A stretch of 64,000 nt of DNA from Gemmatimonadota bacterium (GCA_018969225.1 JAGWYS010000001.1:2279-66278); one strand, 5' to 3'. Counted from the stretch's first letter, positions 29,466 to 45,738 are shown. Numbers and translations are program-made. Notes: generated from the sequence alone by a model not told the origin.

Positions 29466-30759
29466 GGATCGCCTCGTACAGCCGGTCGGGAAGGTCATGC
29501 CGCGTGATGATCAGCGCCAGCAACATCGCCAGGACCCGCACCCGGTCCACATCCGCGGCGGTATAGCTGCCGCGCTGCGCCTTGTTGGTCAGGTTCACGA
29601 CGCCCACCAGGTCGCCGCGGTACAGCAGCGGCACACTCATGAAACTGCCGGTGGTGAAGAACTGGTCATGGAGCAAGGGATGCTGCCCCGCTTCCCGGAC
29701 ATCCTGCACCAGCAGGGGCTCCCGGGTGGCCGCCACCCGACCGGCAACCCCTTCGCCGATGGGGATCCGATGCCCTTCCACCAATCCGGCCCGAATGCCA
29801 CGTGCCGCCGCGAGGTACAGGGCATCGGGATCGGGCGATCGGAGCATCAGCGAACACCGCTGCGCCTCCATGTCGTCTCCCAGCATGGTCAGCAGCCCGT
29901 CCACCAACTGCCGGGAGTCCCGGGTGCCCGCATCCAGGGTGAGCGCCCGGTCGATGAGGTCGAGGGTGCGTTGCTGCTGGCGCAGTGCCTCACTGCGCCG
30001 GTGCAGTTCCAGATGCACCTGTTCCAACTGGCCCACCGCCGCCGTGAGCTCCTGGTCGGCGGCCTCCACCCGGCGTTGCAGCCGTCGCGCCTCTTCGGCC
30101 TCCCGTGCGGCTTCCGCCTCCCAGGACACCGGCACCACGACGGGAGCCACCGGGGTGGCCGGGCGCGCCCGCTCGCGGAGGGCGGACTCCAGCGCGGCCA
30201 GCTTGCGCACGTATTCACCATGGACCCGCTGGGTCACGTCCTCCAGGGTCCTCACCGCTTCCCGTCGCGCGTCCCGCTCGGCGAGCCGAACATAGGCCAG
30301 CTCAAACAGGGCCACGGCGGGGGCCAACCGCTCGGTGGTCCGCGTCCCGAAGATCTTGCGGGGCTCGTAGAGCGCCAGCACGGCATCCAGCGCCCCGTCC
30401 ACCCGAAGCCCCTGCAACGCCAGCACCCCCCCCTCGGCGAATTGCCGAAAACCGAACAGGCGGGCGAAGTCGGCCGTCCGGTCGGTGACATCAACGAACG
30501 GGGCACCCGTCAGGAGGTGCGAGCGGATCCCTCCGGGCACATGGTCGATCGTGGTTTCCAGGGCGGACCGGTCAACCGCCGCCCCCACGGGGGCCAGCCG
30601 CTCGCGCAGCATGGTGCGTCGCGCGTCGTACCGGACCAGCGCCAAGGCCGCGCCACGGTCGAGCTCCGCCAAGGTGTCCCCCAAGGCCAGCAAGGCCCCG
30701 TCGAGGTCGGGGGCGGCGGCCAGGGCGTGGGCGAGGGTGGCGAGCGAACGCGGCGGCAT
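29455..30759 (-). CDS. GAF-domain protein (GAF-like, coiled coil, GAF) with no output domain
   Basis: C-terminal GEGVAGRVAATREPLLV.D...SFMSVPL...VGVVNLTNK...YT..D, and a central heptad-rich helix. ATG at 30759. Confidence 0.82.
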   Translation of the reverse strand: MPPRSLATLAHALAAAPDLDGALLALGDTLAELDRGAALALVRYDARRTMLRERLAPVGAAVDRSALETTIDHVPGGIRSHLLTGAPFVDVTDRTADFARLFGFRQFAEGGVLALQGLRVDGALDAVLALYEPRKIFGTRTTERLAPAVALFELAYVRLAERDARREAVRTLEDVTQRVHGEYVRKLAALESALRERARPATPVAPVVVPVSWEAEAAREAEEARRLQRRVEAADQELTAAVGQLEQVHLELHRRSEALRQQQRTLDLIDRALTLDAGTRDSRQLVDGLLTMLGDDMEAQRCSLMLRSPDPDALYLAAARGIRAGLVEGHRIPIGEGVAGRVAATREPLLVQDVREAGQHPLLHDQFFTTGSFMSVPLLYRGDLVGVVNLTNKAQRGSYTAADVDRVRVLAMLLALIITRHDLPDRLYEAIHGT

Positions 30760-30846
30760 CGTTCTGGAGAATCTACGCGGCGGGCGGGCGGGCGCCTCCC
30801 CAGCCGAGTTGAAGCGGCGTCCGGAAGGGTCTAGCTTCCCGACGGC

Positions 30847-31617
30847 ATGACATCCGGCCCCATTCTTCTGGTCACGCAGTACGACGGGCGCCACTTCGCG
30901 GGGTGGCAGCGCCAGCCTGGCCAGCGCACCGTGCAGGGGGAGATGGAGCGGGTGCTGGCCCACCTGTGCGGTACCCCCGTCACGGCCGTGGCGGCCGGCC
31001 GCACCGACGCGGGGGTCCATGCGCACGGTCAGGGGGTGGGGGTGACCGTCTCGCCCCGGTGGGATCCGCCGGCGCTGCGTCGCGCATTGAACGCACGGCT
31101 TCCGGACGACCTGTGGGTGGCCGAGGCACACCGCATGGTGGAGGGGTTTCACCCCCGCTTCAGCGCCTCGGCCCGCCGATATGGTTATCTTGTGGGCACC
31201 GACGAGGCGGCGAGGTCGCCCTTCCGTCGGCATGTCGAGTGGGCGGTCCGGCGACCGGTGTCCGCCGAACTGCTGGAGGCGGAGGCTGCCTCCCTGCTCG
31301 GCGATCATGTCTTTCGCGCCTTTGCCGTGGCCCACACGGCCCCGGCGCACGATACCCATCGCTGCATCATCCGGCAGGCGCGCTGGCTTCCGCGCGACGG
31401 CGGCTGGTGCTTCGAGGTGACTGCCAACCGGTTCCTGCACCATATGGTCCGTTTTCTCGTGGGGACGATGATCGACGTGGCCATCGGGCGGCGGCCGCCG
31501 GGCACCGTGGCGCGCCTGCTGCTTGCCCCCGACAACCGGGAGACGGCGGCCCCGGCGCCGCCGCACGGCCTGTCGCTGCGCGAGGTCACCTACCCGCCCG
31601 CCTGTTATGCGCGCTGA
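30847..31617 (+). CDS. truA: tRNA pseudouridine(38-40) synthase TruA
   Basis: YDG..F.GWQ.Q, GRTDAGVHA, FHPRFSA, FL.HMVR, APPHGL.L. Confidence 0.95.
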   Translation: MTSGPILLVTQYDGRHFAGWQRQPGQRTVQGEMERVLAHLCGTPVTAVAAGRTDAGVHAHGQGVGVTVSPRWDPPALRRALNARLPDDLWVAEAHRMVEGFHPRFSASARRYGYLVGTDEAARSPFRRHVEWAVRRPVSAELLEAEAASLLGDHVFRAFAVAHTAPAHDTHRCIIRQARWLPRDGGWCFEVTANRFLHHMVRFLVGTMIDVAIGRRPPGTVARLLLAPDNRETAAPAPPHGLSLREVTYPPACYAR

Positions 31618-33049
31618 CTCGCGCCGTCGGCGCGTCCCCGCCCCAGGCGCGATGGTGGCTGCGCTGCTGCTCGCCGGGTGCGAGGGGGCCAATCCCACGC
31701 CCTCGGCGGCGCAGACGCGCACCCTCCCCACCCCGCCGACTGCGGCCCCGGTGCCCGCGCAATCCATCGCGGCGTCCCGTCGCACGGCCCTCACCACGGC
31801 GGTGGAACGGGTGGCGCCCGCGGTGGTGACCGTCCAGACGGAGACCGTGCAGCGGGTCCCCGTGGATTTCTTCGAGTACTTCATGGGTGGGCGTTCCGGC
31901 GAGCGCCGCAACGCAGGGATCGGGTCGGGCTTCGTGGTTCGCGAGGACGGCGTCGTGGTCACCAACGCCCACGTGGTGGCCGGCGCCTCGTCGGTGTCCA
32001 TCGCCATGCGTGACGGCACCCGGTACGACGCCCGCGTGGTGGGGCTGGACGAGACCAACGACCTGGCGGTGCTCCGCGTCAAGGCCTCGGGGCTCCCGGT
32101 CGCCCCACTGGGGCAGTCCGGCGACCTGCTGGTTGGGGAATGGACGATCGCCATCGGCAATCCCTTCGGCTTCGTGCTGGGCAACACCGAGCCCAGCGTC
32201 TCGGTGGGGGTCATCAGCGCGGTGGGGCGCAACCTGGCGGGGCGGGGGGACGGGAGCGGCGTGTACGTGGACATGATCCAGACCGACGCGGCCATCAACC
32301 CCGGCAACTCGGGAGGGCCCCTGATCAACGCCGCCGGCGAGGTCATCGGGGTGAACAGCTCCATCTACTCTCCCAGCGGCGGTTCGGTGGGGCTGGGATT
32401 CGCCATCCCGATCGACCGCACGAAACGAATCGTCGAGGATCTGCTCGAGCACGGCGCCGTGCGACAGCCGTGGGTGGGGATCCGACTCCAGACGCCGGAC
32501 GCCCAGAGCGCCCGCGAGGTGGCGGTGGCGGGTGCCATCGTGGCCCGCGTGGCCCCCGGCTCGCCGGCGGAGCGCGCGGGGGTGGAGCCGGGGGACCAGA
32601 TCGTGGGTGCCGGAACGCGGCCGGTGCGCAACCCGTTCGACTGGGAGGCGCGGCTGCTGGACCTCCGGGTGGGGGAGTCGTTCACCATCACGGTGCGGCG
32701 GGGACGCCGGGATCGGCCGCTCACGCTCCGTGTGGCCGACGCCCCGGAGGTGAGCGCCCCCAAGGTGACCGTGCTGCGGGAGTTGCAGCTGGTGACCCTC
32801 ACCGACGCCATCCGACAGGAGCGGGGGATCGCCTCGGCCAATGGGGCGCTGGTGTACCGGGCCTCCGAGCGGATTCGCGAGGAGATCGGGTTGCAGGACG
32901 GGGACGTGATCGTGCAGGTGGGGCGGCAGCGGGTGGGCACGGCGGAGGCTGCCTCGGGCGCCATCGACCAGGTCGGCGCGCGCGGCCCGGTGTTCGTGGT
33001 GTTCGAGCGCAACCGGCAGTACCTCCAGACCCAGTTTTCCCTGCGGTGA
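31607..33049 (+). CDS. HtrA/DegP-like serine protease with PDZ domains (possible lipoprotein)
   Basis: GSGF, TNAHV, DLAVL, AIGNPFG, QTDAAINPGNSGGPL, and an LLAGC lipobox-like motif. Confidence 0.92.
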   Translation: MRADSRRRRVPAPGAMVAALLLAGCEGANPTPSAAQTRTLPTPPTAAPVPAQSIAASRRTALTTAVERVAPAVVTVQTETVQRVPVDFFEYFMGGRSGERRNAGIGSGFVVREDGVVVTNAHVVAGASSVSIAMRDGTRYDARVVGLDETNDLAVLRVKASGLPVAPLGQSGDLLVGEWTIAIGNPFGFVLGNTEPSVSVGVISAVGRNLAGRGDGSGVYVDMIQTDAAINPGNSGGPLINAAGEVIGVNSSIYSPSGGSVGLGFAIPIDRTKRIVEDLLEHGAVRQPWVGIRLQTPDAQSAREVAVAGAIVARVAPGSPAERAGVEPGDQIVGAGTRPVRNPFDWEARLLDLRVGESFTITVRRGRRDRPLTLRVADAPEVSAPKVTVLRELQLVTLTDAIRQERGIASANGALVYRASERIREEIGLQDGDVIVQVGRQRVGTAEAASGAIDQVGARGPVFVVFERNRQYLQTQFSLR

Positions 33050-33050
33050 C

Positions 33051-34490
33051 GTGACTCCTCCCGACCGATCGACCTACAGTTCGCCCCTCGCCGAGCGCTA
33101 CGCGTCCCAAGCGATGCTGCGCACCTGGAGCCCCCAGCTCCGCCACGGCCTCTGGCGCCGCCTCTGGCTGGCGCTGGCGGAGGCGCAGCGGGCGCTGGGC
33201 GTGCCGATCCCCGACGAGGCGCTGCGGGAGATGGCGGCCCACCTCGACGACATCGACTTCGACGCGGTGGCGGCCTACGAGCGGCGGTTCCGGCACGACG
33301 TCATGGCGCATGTGCATGCCTTCGGCGACGTCGCGCCCGCGGCGCGCAAGTTCATCCACCTGGGCGCCACCAGCTGCTTCGTCACCGACAACGCCGACCT
33401 CATCCTGATGCGGCAGGCGCTGGGGCTCCTCCGCGACAAGGTGCTGCAGACGCTGGCGGTGCTCGCCGACTTCGCGCGGCAGTGGCGCGACGTCCCGGCG
33501 CTGGGGTACACGCACCTGCAGCCCGCGCAGCTCACCACGGTGGGGAAGCGCGCGACGCTCTGGATGCAGGACCTGGTGCTCGACCTCGAGGACCTGACGC
33601 ACCGCATCGACACCCTGCCCTTCCGCGGCGTCAAGGGGACCACCGGCACGCAGGCCAGCTTCCTCACGCTGTTCGAGGGAGACCATGCCCGGGTGCGGGA
33701 GCTCGAGCGCCGCGTGACCGCGGCCATGGGCTTCGCGCGCGCCATGCCCGTGACCGGGCAGACGTATGCGCGCAAGGTGGACGCGCAGGTGCTTGGGGTC
33801 GTGGCCGGGGTGGCGGCGTCGGCCTCGAAGTTCTCCGGCGACATCCGCATGCTGCAGGCCTTCGGCGAGCTGGAGGAACCGTTCGAGTCGCAGCAGATCG
33901 GCTCCTCGGCCATGGCGTACAAGCGCAACCCGATGCGCTCGGAGCGGATCGCCGCCCTGGCGCGCTTCGTGCTGGCGCTGGAGCCGAACGCCAACCAGAC
34001 GCACGCGGTGCAGTACTTCGAGCGGACGCTGGATGACAGCGCCAACCGCCGGCTGGCGATCCCGGAGGCGTTCCTTGCCACGGACGCGATCCTGGTGCTG
34101 ATGCACAACGTGGCGCGCGGGCTCGAGGTGCACCCGGCGCGGATCCGCCGGCGCGTGGCCGAGGAGCTGCCATTCATGGCGACGGAAGAGCTGATCGTGC
34201 GGTTCGTGCGCGCGGGGGGCGACCGGCAGGAGGCGCACGAGCTGATCCGGCGGCACAGCATCGAGGCGGCGCGCGCGGTGAAGGACGGGGCGGCGCACAA
34301 CGACCTGCTGGAGCGGCTGGCGGCCGACCCGGATTTCGGGGTGCCGCTGGAGGACCTGCGCGCGGCCGCCGACCCGCATCGGTTCACGGGGCGCGCGCCG
34401 CAGCAGGTGGACGAGTTCCTGGCCGAGGTCGCGGCCCCGTGGCTGGCCGCGCCGCGCGACGCCGCGACGCCCGACGAGGTGCGCGTCTGA
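33051..34490 (+). CDS. purB: Adenylosuccinate lyase
   Basis: [38 protein letters not shown]. Confidence 0.95.
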   Translation: MTPPDRSTYSSPLAERYASQAMLRTWSPQLRHGLWRRLWLALAEAQRALGVPIPDEALREMAAHLDDIDFDAVAAYERRFRHDVMAHVHAFGDVAPAARKFIHLGATSCFVTDNADLILMRQALGLLRDKVLQTLAVLADFARQWRDVPALGYTHLQPAQLTTVGKRATLWMQDLVLDLEDLTHRIDTLPFRGVKGTTGTQASFLTLFEGDHARVRELERRVTAAMGFARAMPVTGQTYARKVDAQVLGVVAGVAASASKFSGDIRMLQAFGELEEPFESQQIGSSAMAYKRNPMRSERIAALARFVLALEPNANQTHAVQYFERTLDDSANRRLAIPEAFLATDAILVLMHNVARGLEVHPARIRRRVAEELPFMATEELIVRFVRAGGDRQEAHELIRRHSIEAARAVKDGAAHNDLLERLAADPDFGVPLEDLRAAADPHRFTGRAPQQVDEFLAEVAAPWLAAPRDAATPDEVRV

Positions 34491-35449
34491 TGGCGCCGTC
34501 GGCGACGCTGCCGGTGGTGGTGCGCACCGCCCTGCCGCTCCCCCTCGAGCGGCGCGGCAAGGTGCGCGACGTCTACGCGGTGGGGACGGACCGGCTCCTG
34601 CTGGTGGCGTCCGACCGGGTGAGCGCCTTTGACGTGGTGATGGCGGAGCCCATCCCGTCGAAGGGGATCGTGCTCACGCAGCTCTCCGCCTGGTGGTTCG
34701 CGCGCGCGGCCGAGCTTGGGCCGCACCACCTGCTGACCGCCGACACGGACGACATCGTGGCGGCGGTGCCCGCGCTGGCCCCGCACCGGGCCATGCTGGC
34801 GGGACGGAGCATGCTGTGCCGTCGGACGGTCCCGGTGCCGGTGGAGTGCGTGGTGCGCGGGTACCTGTCGGGGTCCGCCTGGAAGGAGTACCAGGCCACG
34901 GGCACCCTGGCCGGGGAGCCGCTGCCACGTGGCCTGCGCGAGTGCGACCGGCTGGATCCGCCGCTGTTCAGCCCGGCCACCAAGGCGGAGACCGGGCATG
35001 ACGAGAACATCACCCGCGCGGCCATGGTCACCGTGGTGGGGGAGGCCGCTGCGTCGGAACTGGAGGCCCGCTCCCGCGCCGTCTACGCGCTGGGGCGCGA
35101 CACCGCGGCGGCCCGCGGGATCATCGTGGCCGACACCAAGTTCGAGTTCGGGTGGGACGACGGGCGCCTGCTGCTGATCGACGAGGTCCTCACCCCGGAC
35201 AGCTCCCGCTTCTGGCCGGCGGACCGGTACGCGCCGGGGCGCGGCCAGCCGAGCTTTGACAAGCAGCCGCTGCGCGACTGGCTCGACGCCGAGCGACGCG
35301 CGGGGCGCTGGAACGGCGAGGCGCCGCCACCGGCGCTCCCGGCGACGGTGGTGGATGCCACCAGCCGGCGCTACCGCGACGCGTATGCGCGGATCACCGG
35401 GGCGCCGCTGCCCCTTGCGGCCCTGGGGCTGCCGGAGATGGACGACTGA
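34490..35449 (+). CDS. purC: SAICAR synthase
   Basis: [51 protein letters not shown] coupling with purB. Confidence 0.95.
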   Translation: MAPSATLPVVVRTALPLPLERRGKVRDVYAVGTDRLLLVASDRVSAFDVVMAEPIPSKGIVLTQLSAWWFARAAELGPHHLLTADTDDIVAAVPALAPHRAMLAGRSMLCRRTVPVPVECVVRGYLSGSAWKEYQATGTLAGEPLPRGLRECDRLDPPLFSPATKAETGHDENITRAAMVTVVGEAAASELEARSRAVYALGRDTAAARGIIVADTKFEFGWDDGRLLLIDEVLTPDSSRFWPADRYAPGRGQPSFDKQPLRDWLDAERRAGRWNGEAPPPALPATVVDATSRRYRDAYARITGAPLPLAALGLPEMDD

Positions 35450-35450
35450 C

Positions 35451-36101
35451 ATGTTTGCGCGCGAGGGGCTTCCGTTCATCGCCGGGGCCGCGGGGCTGGC
35501 CACCGGCGTGCTGGCCGCGGCCGTCCGCCTGGGGGCGTGGCCGCTGTGGCTGGTGGCTGCCGTGCTGGCGGTGCTGGCGCTCTGGGTGGCGTGGTTCTTC
35601 CGCGACCCGGTGCGCACGGGGGAACGCGGCCCGGGGGTGGTGGTGGCCCCCGCCGACGGCCGGGTGGTCCTGATCGTGCCCATGGACGAGCCCACGTTCG
35701 TCCATGGGCCCACGGTGCGGGTCTCCATCTTCATGAACGTCTTCGACGTGCACGTGAACCGCTACCCGGTGGACGGCCAGGTGGCGCTGGTGGAGCGGCG
35801 CCCCGGCAAGTTCCTCAACGCCGTCACCCCCGCCTCCAGCATCGAGAACGAGCAGAACGCCGTGGGGATCGTGAGCGGGACGCGCCGCATCCTGATGCGG
35901 CAGATCGCGGGGCTGGTGGCCCGCCGCATCATCACCGACCCGGTCGTCGGCGACGTGGCACGCCAGGGGGAGCGCTTCGGCCTCATCCGGTTCGGATCCC
36001 GCGTGGACCTGTACCTGCCACCGGATGCGCGGCTTCGCGTGCGCGTGGGCGACCGCACCCGCGCCGGCGCGACGGTGGTGGCCGACCTGCCGGCGGCGTG
36101 A
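35451..36101 (+). CDS. psd: Phosphatidylserine decarboxylase proenzyme
   Basis: FFRDP, APADG, IFMNVFDVHVNR.P, ENE, QIAGLVARRI, FGSRVD self-cleavage site. Confidence 0.93.
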   Translation: MFAREGLPFIAGAAGLATGVLAAAVRLGAWPLWLVAAVLAVLALWVAWFFRDPVRTGERGPGVVVAPADGRVVLIVPMDEPTFVHGPTVRVSIFMNVFDVHVNRYPVDGQVALVERRPGKFLNAVTPASSIENEQNAVGIVSGTRRILMRQIAGLVARRIITDPVVGDVARQGERFGLIRFGSRVDLYLPPDARLRVRVGDRTRAGATVVADLPAA

Positions 36102-36147
36102 TGGCGCGCGCGGGCGGGGCGGCTCGCCGGGTGTCCGGCGTGGGGCG

Positions 36148-37056
36148 ATGGTGAGCGAACCGACGTCAACCGCGCGCCGACCGCGGCCACGGGCCGTGGT
36201 GGCGCTCCCCAACGGCTTCACCCTGGCCAACCTGTTCTTCGGGATCTTCGCCGTGGTTTCCGCCGCGCGCGGGGAGTTCGAGGCGGCGGCGCGCTACATC
36301 GTGTTCGGCGCCATTGCCGACTCGCTGGACGGACGGATCGCCCGGGCCACCAAGTCCGGGTCGCGCTTCGGGGAGGAGCTCGACTCGCTGGTGGACGCCA
36401 TCAGCTTCGGCACCGCCCCCGCGCTGATCATGTATTTCGCCGTCTTCCAGGATGGGCGCTGGGACTGGCTGGTGTGCTTCTTCTTCACCGCCTGCGCGGT
36501 AATGCGGCTCGCGCGCTTCAACGTGGAGCAGGCCGGGCGCGCCAAGACGCACTTCACCGGACTCCCCAGCCCGGCGGCGGGGATGACGCTCGCCACGTAC
36601 TACTGGTTCAGCCAGACGCCGCTGTACACCGAAACCATGATCGCGGACCTGCCGTGGCACCAGATGCTGCGGTTCGTGATGCTGGGCCTCGGGATGCTCA
36701 TGATCAGCAACGTGCAGTACGCGGCCATGCCCACGGTCAACTTCCGCAGCGTGCGGGGGGTGCTGGGCTTTCTGCTGGTGGTCGGCACCTTCATCGGGGT
36801 GATCTTCCTGCCGCGCCAGTTCTTCTTCCCGGCGCTCATGGCCTACGTGCTGTACGGCATCGGGCAGACCGTGTTCCTGGGGCTGCTGGACCGGCTTCCG
36901 GGGACGCGCGAGGGGGAGGACGACGCCGACGGATACTTCGCCTCCCCGCCGGACGGGCGTCGTCGTCGCCGCCGCCGCCGCCCCCGCCCTTCCACCGGGC
37001 CCGTCGCGGGCCCGCCCACCGGCCCCGAACGCGGGCCCGAGGATCGAACCGCATGA
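36148..37056 (+). CDS. pssA: CDP-diacylglycerol--serine O-phosphatidyltransferase
   Basis: LPN.FT, D.LDG.IAR...S.FG.ELDSL.D.ISFG.AP, RLARFN, F.GLP.P. Adjacent to psd. Confidence 0.92.
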   Translation: MVSEPTSTARRPRPRAVVALPNGFTLANLFFGIFAVVSAARGEFEAAARYIVFGAIADSLDGRIARATKSGSRFGEELDSLVDAISFGTAPALIMYFAVFQDGRWDWLVCFFFTACAVMRLARFNVEQAGRAKTHFTGLPSPAAGMTLATYYWFSQTPLYTETMIADLPWHQMLRFVMLGLGMLMISNVQYAAMPTVNFRSVRGVLGFLLVVGTFIGVIFLPRQFFFPALMAYVLYGIGQTVFLGLLDRLPGTREGEDDADGYFASPPDGRRRRRRRRPRPSTGPVAGPPTGPERGPEDRTA

Positions 37057-37306
37057 CCCGCTTCCGTTGCGCCGTCCACATCGTCCCCCGTCGCGGCATC
37101 CTCGACCCCCAGGGGAAGGCGGTGGCGGGCGCCCTGCAGTCGCTGGGCTTCGCCGGCACGGGCGAGGTGCGGGTCGGGCGCTTCCTTGTCATCGACACCG
37201 AGGCGGCCGACGCCGAGGCGGCCCGGCGCGACGTGACGGCCATGTGCGAACGGCTGCTTGCCAACCCGGTGACCGAGGACTTTGACATCGCGGCGGTGGA
37301 GCCCGC

Positions 37307-37310
<4 letters not shown>
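37053..37310 (+). CDS. purS: FGAM synthase subunit PurS
   Basis: ILDPQG.AV..AL..LG...VRVG...MC..LLANPV.ED. Confidence 0.93.
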
Positions 37311-38007
<697 letters not shown>

Positions 38008-38011
<4 letters not shown>

Positions 38012-40314
38012 GCGCCCCGGCATCCGCCGTCGCGCCGCGTCCCGGGGATCCGCCGATCACCCCGGCGCTGGTCGCCGAACACGGCATCAAGCCCAACGAG
38101 TACGAGCGGCTGGTGGCGATGCTGGGACGCACGCCGACCTTCACCGAACTGGGCGTGGTGAGCGCGCTCTGGAGCGAGCACTGCTCCTACAAGCATTCGC
38201 GCCCGCTGCTGAAGACCCTCCCCACCAAGGCGCCCTGGGTGCTGCAGGGGCCCGGCGAGAACGCCGGCGTGATCAGCGTGGGGGACGGGCTCGCCGTCGC
38301 GTTCAAGATCGAGTCGCACAACCATCCGTCGGCGGTGGAACCGTACCAGGGGGCCGCCACCGGGGTGGGCGGGATCCTGCGCGACGTGTTCACGATGGGG
38401 GCCCGCCCCATCGCGCTGCTCAACTCGCTGCGCTTCGGTCCGCTCGAGAGCCCGCGCGTGCGCTACCTCGTCGCCGGGGTGGTGAAGGGCATCGGCGACT
38501 ACGGCAACTGCGTGGGCGTCCCCACGGTGGGGGGCGAGGTGGTGTTCGACCCCTCGTACGAGGGGAACCCGCTGGTGAACGCCATGTGCGTGGGGCTCAT
38601 GCGCGAGGAGGAGCTGATCCGCGCCGTGGCGTCGGGGGTGGGGAACCCGATCATGGCCGTGGGGGCCCGCACCGGACGCGACGGGATCCATGGCGCGTCG
38701 TTCGCGTCGGAGGACCTCTCCGAGGCCAGCGAGGCGAAGCGCCCGATGGTGCAGGTGGGCGACCCGTTCACCGAGAAGCTGCTGCTCGAGGCGTCGCTGG
38801 AGCTCATCCGCAGCGGCCACATCGTGGCCATCCAGGACATGGGCGCCGCGGGGCTCACCTCCTCCTCCGCCGAGATGGCGGAGCGCGGGGACGTGGGCGT
38901 CACGATCGACGTCACCAAGGTGCCGGTGCGCGAGCCGGGGATGACGCCCTACGAGATCCTCCTGTCGGAATCGCAGGAGCGGATGCTGGTGGTGGCGCGG
39001 CAGGGGCGCGAGGAGGCGGTGCGCGCCATCCTCGCCAAGTGGGACCTCGAGGCCGCCGTCATCGGCGAGGTGATCGCGGAGCCGGTGTACCGGGTGACGG
39101 AGGGGGAGCGCGTGGTGGCCGAGTTCCCCGGGTCGCGCCTGGTGACGGAGTGCCCGCAGTACCGGCTGGAGCCGCGCGAGAGCGAGGCGCTGGCGGCGGC
39201 GCGCGCGCGTGATCCGCACGCCGTGCCGCCGCGCCCCGAGGAGCGCGACCACGCGTGGACGCTGGAGCGCCTGCTGGCCTCGCCCACCATCGCCAGCAAG
39301 CGGTGGGTGTGGCGGCAGTACGATTCCACCGTGCGGGCCGGCACCGTCGTGGGCCCCGGCAGCGACGCGGCGGTCGTGCGCCTCCCCGGGACGGACCGCG
39401 GGATTGCGCTGTGCATCGACGGCAACGGGCGCCACGTGGCGCTGGACCCGCGCAACGGGGGGCGGGCCGCCGTGTGCGAGGCCGCGCGCAACGTCGCGTG
39501 CGCGGGGGCGCGCCCGCTCGCCATCACCAACAACCTGAATTTCGGCAACCCCACGCGCCCTGACGTCTACTTCCAGCTCAGCGAAGCGATCGCCGGCATG
39601 GGCGAGGCGTGCACGGCGCTCGTGACACCCGTGACGGGGGGGAACGTCTCGCTCTACAACGAGAGCCCCCGGGGGGCGATCCATCCCACCCCCACGATCG
39701 GCATGGTCGGGCTGGTCGAATCGCTGGCGCACGTCACCCCGTCGGCGTTCCAGGCGGTCGGGGACGCGATCGTCCTGCTGGGGGAGCCGACCGACGAGCT
39801 GGGCGCCAGCGAGTACCTGCTGGCGATCCACGGCGAGACGATCGGCCCCCCGCCCTACTGTGACCCCGGCACGGAGCGGACGCTCATCGACGCGCTCCTG
39901 GAGGCCATCAGGGGCGGGGCCGTGCGCTCGGCGCACGACTGCAGCGACGGCGGGCTGGCCGTGGCGCTGGCGGAGTGCGCCATCCTCAATCCGGAGTCGC
40001 TCACGGGCTTCACGGTGGACCTGTCCCCCTGGGCCACGCTCCCCCATCGCGCGCTGCTGTTCGGCGAGGCGCACGGGCGGGTGGTGGTGTCCACGCCCCT
40101 CCCCGACGCCGTCCTGGCGGTTGCGGCGCGCCATGGCGTCCCCGCCCGGGTGATCGGCGCAGTGACCCCCGCGGACGACGGCGCCCGCTTCACCATCGAG
40201 GACGACAGCTTCGCGGCCCCCGTCGCCTGGCTGGCCCGCGCCTTCCACGACGCCCTCCCGCTGGCCATGGACGGTGCCTCCGGCGCCGGCGATGCCGGCT
40301 CCCCCTCGGCCTGA
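38008..40314 (+). CDS. purL: FGAM synthase subunit PurL (small type)
   Basis: [58 protein letters not shown]. Confidence 0.97.
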
Positions 40315-40329
40315 CCAGGAGCCTTCGTC

Positions 40330-41724
<1,395 letters not shown>

Positions 41725-41748
41725 CAGGCGCACGGTCCCGGAGGGGGC

Positions 41749-44415
<2,667 letters not shown>

Positions 44416-44436
44416 TCCCCGCCGCAGGTTTCCCGC

Positions 44437-45738
44437 ATGCCACCCGCCACGCCGTCGCTGCGCATCGCCGTCATCGGCGCGGGACCGTCGGGGATCGCGG
44501 CCATCAAGAACCTGTTGGACGCGGGCTTCACCGACGTCACCGGGTTCGACCGGAATGCGGCGGTCGGCGGCAACTGGCTCTTCGACCCCGGGTCCACGCA
44601 CTCCAGCGTCTTCGAGACCACGCACATCATCAGCTCGAAGACGCTGTCGTCGTACCAGGACTACCCCATGCCGGCGTCCTATCCGGACTACCCGTCGCAT
44701 GCGCAGCTCGCGGCATACTTCCAGGGGTATGCCGATCGCTTTGGCGTCACGCCGCGCGTCCGCTTCGGCACCGAGGTGCGCTCGGCCGAGCCGCTCCCCG
44801 GTGACTGCTGGGAGCTGCGCTGGACGGACGCCGCCGGCGACCACGCGGCGACCTTTGACGCGCTGGTGGTGGCCAACGGGCACCACTGGCGTCCCAGGAT
44901 GCCCGAGTATCCGGGGCATTTCACGGGCACCCTCCTGCACTCGCATGACTACAAGCGCGCCGCCCCCTTTGCCGGCCAGCGCGTGCTCGTGATCGGCGGC
45001 GGCAACTCGGCGTGCGACGTGGCCGTCGAGACCGCCCGCGTGTCGGCTGCCACGGACATCTCCTGCCGCCGCGGGTACTGGATCGTGCCCAAGTTCATCT
45101 TCGGGCTCCCTGCCGACGTGGTGGCCCAGCGCACCCGGTGGCTGCCACGCCCCCTCCGCGGGTGGCTGAATGCGTCGCTGCTTCGGCTGCTGCAGGGCCC
45201 CAACGCGCGCTACGGCCTCCCCGAGCCGGATCACCCCTTCGGCGCCACGCACCCCACGGTCAACTCGGAGCTGCTGTACGCCCTGCGCCACGGCCACATC
45301 GGGGCGCGCCGCGACATCGCGCGCTACGACGGTCGCACCGTGCACTTCACCGATGGCACCCGCGGGGAGTACGACGTCATCATCGCGTGCACGGGCTACT
45401 GGATCGCCCACCCGTTCTTCCGCCCCGACGTGATCGACTTTTCGCGGGGGCCGGTGCCGCTGTACCTGCGGATGTTTCCGGCGCGCTACCCCACGCTGTC
45501 GTTCATCGGCCTGTTCCAGCCGCTGGGGTGCATCTGGCCGGCGGCGGAACTGCAGGCAAAGCTGCTGGCGCTGCGCCTGACCGGTCGATGGGCCCCGCCG
45601 ACCGACCTGGAGACGGCGATCGCCCGAGAAGTGGCGAACCCGGACTATCCCCAACTGGACACGCCCCGACACACCATCACGGTGGATTTCCACGCCTTCT
45701 CGGCGCGGCTGCGGGCGCAGCTTCGGCGCGCCGCCTGA
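44437..45738 (+). CDS. Flavin-containing monooxygenase (class B)
   Basis: GAGPSG, GG.W, F.G..LHS.DYK (FxGxxxHxxxY), GGGNS, CTGY. Confidence 0.9.
   Translation: MPPATPSLRIAVIGAGPSGIAAIKNLLDAGFTDVTGFDRNAAVGGNWLFDPGSTHSSVFETTHIISSKTLSSYQDYPMPASYPDYPSHAQLAAYFQGYADRFGVTPRVRFGTEVRSAEPLPGDCWELRWTDAAGDHAATFDALVVANGHHWRPRMPEYPGHFTGTLLHSHDYKRAAPFAGQRVLVIGGGNSACDVAVETARVSAATDISCRRGYWIVPKFIFGLPADVVAQRTRWLPRPLRGWLNASLLRLLQGPNARYGLPEPDHPFGATHPTVNSELLYALRHGHIGARRDIARYDGRTVHFTDGTRGEYDVIIACTGYWIAHPFFRPDVIDFSRGPVPLYLRMFPARYPTLSFIGLFQPLGCIWPAAELQAKLLALRLTGRWAPPTDLETAIAREVANPDYPQLDTPRHTITVDFHAFSARLRAQLRRAA

Noticed and set aside
30760-32364. N-terminal extension making the GAF ORF 969 aa
   Set aside because: It overlaps truA and htrA antisense. 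ATG 30759 with a nearby -10 is the more plausible start.
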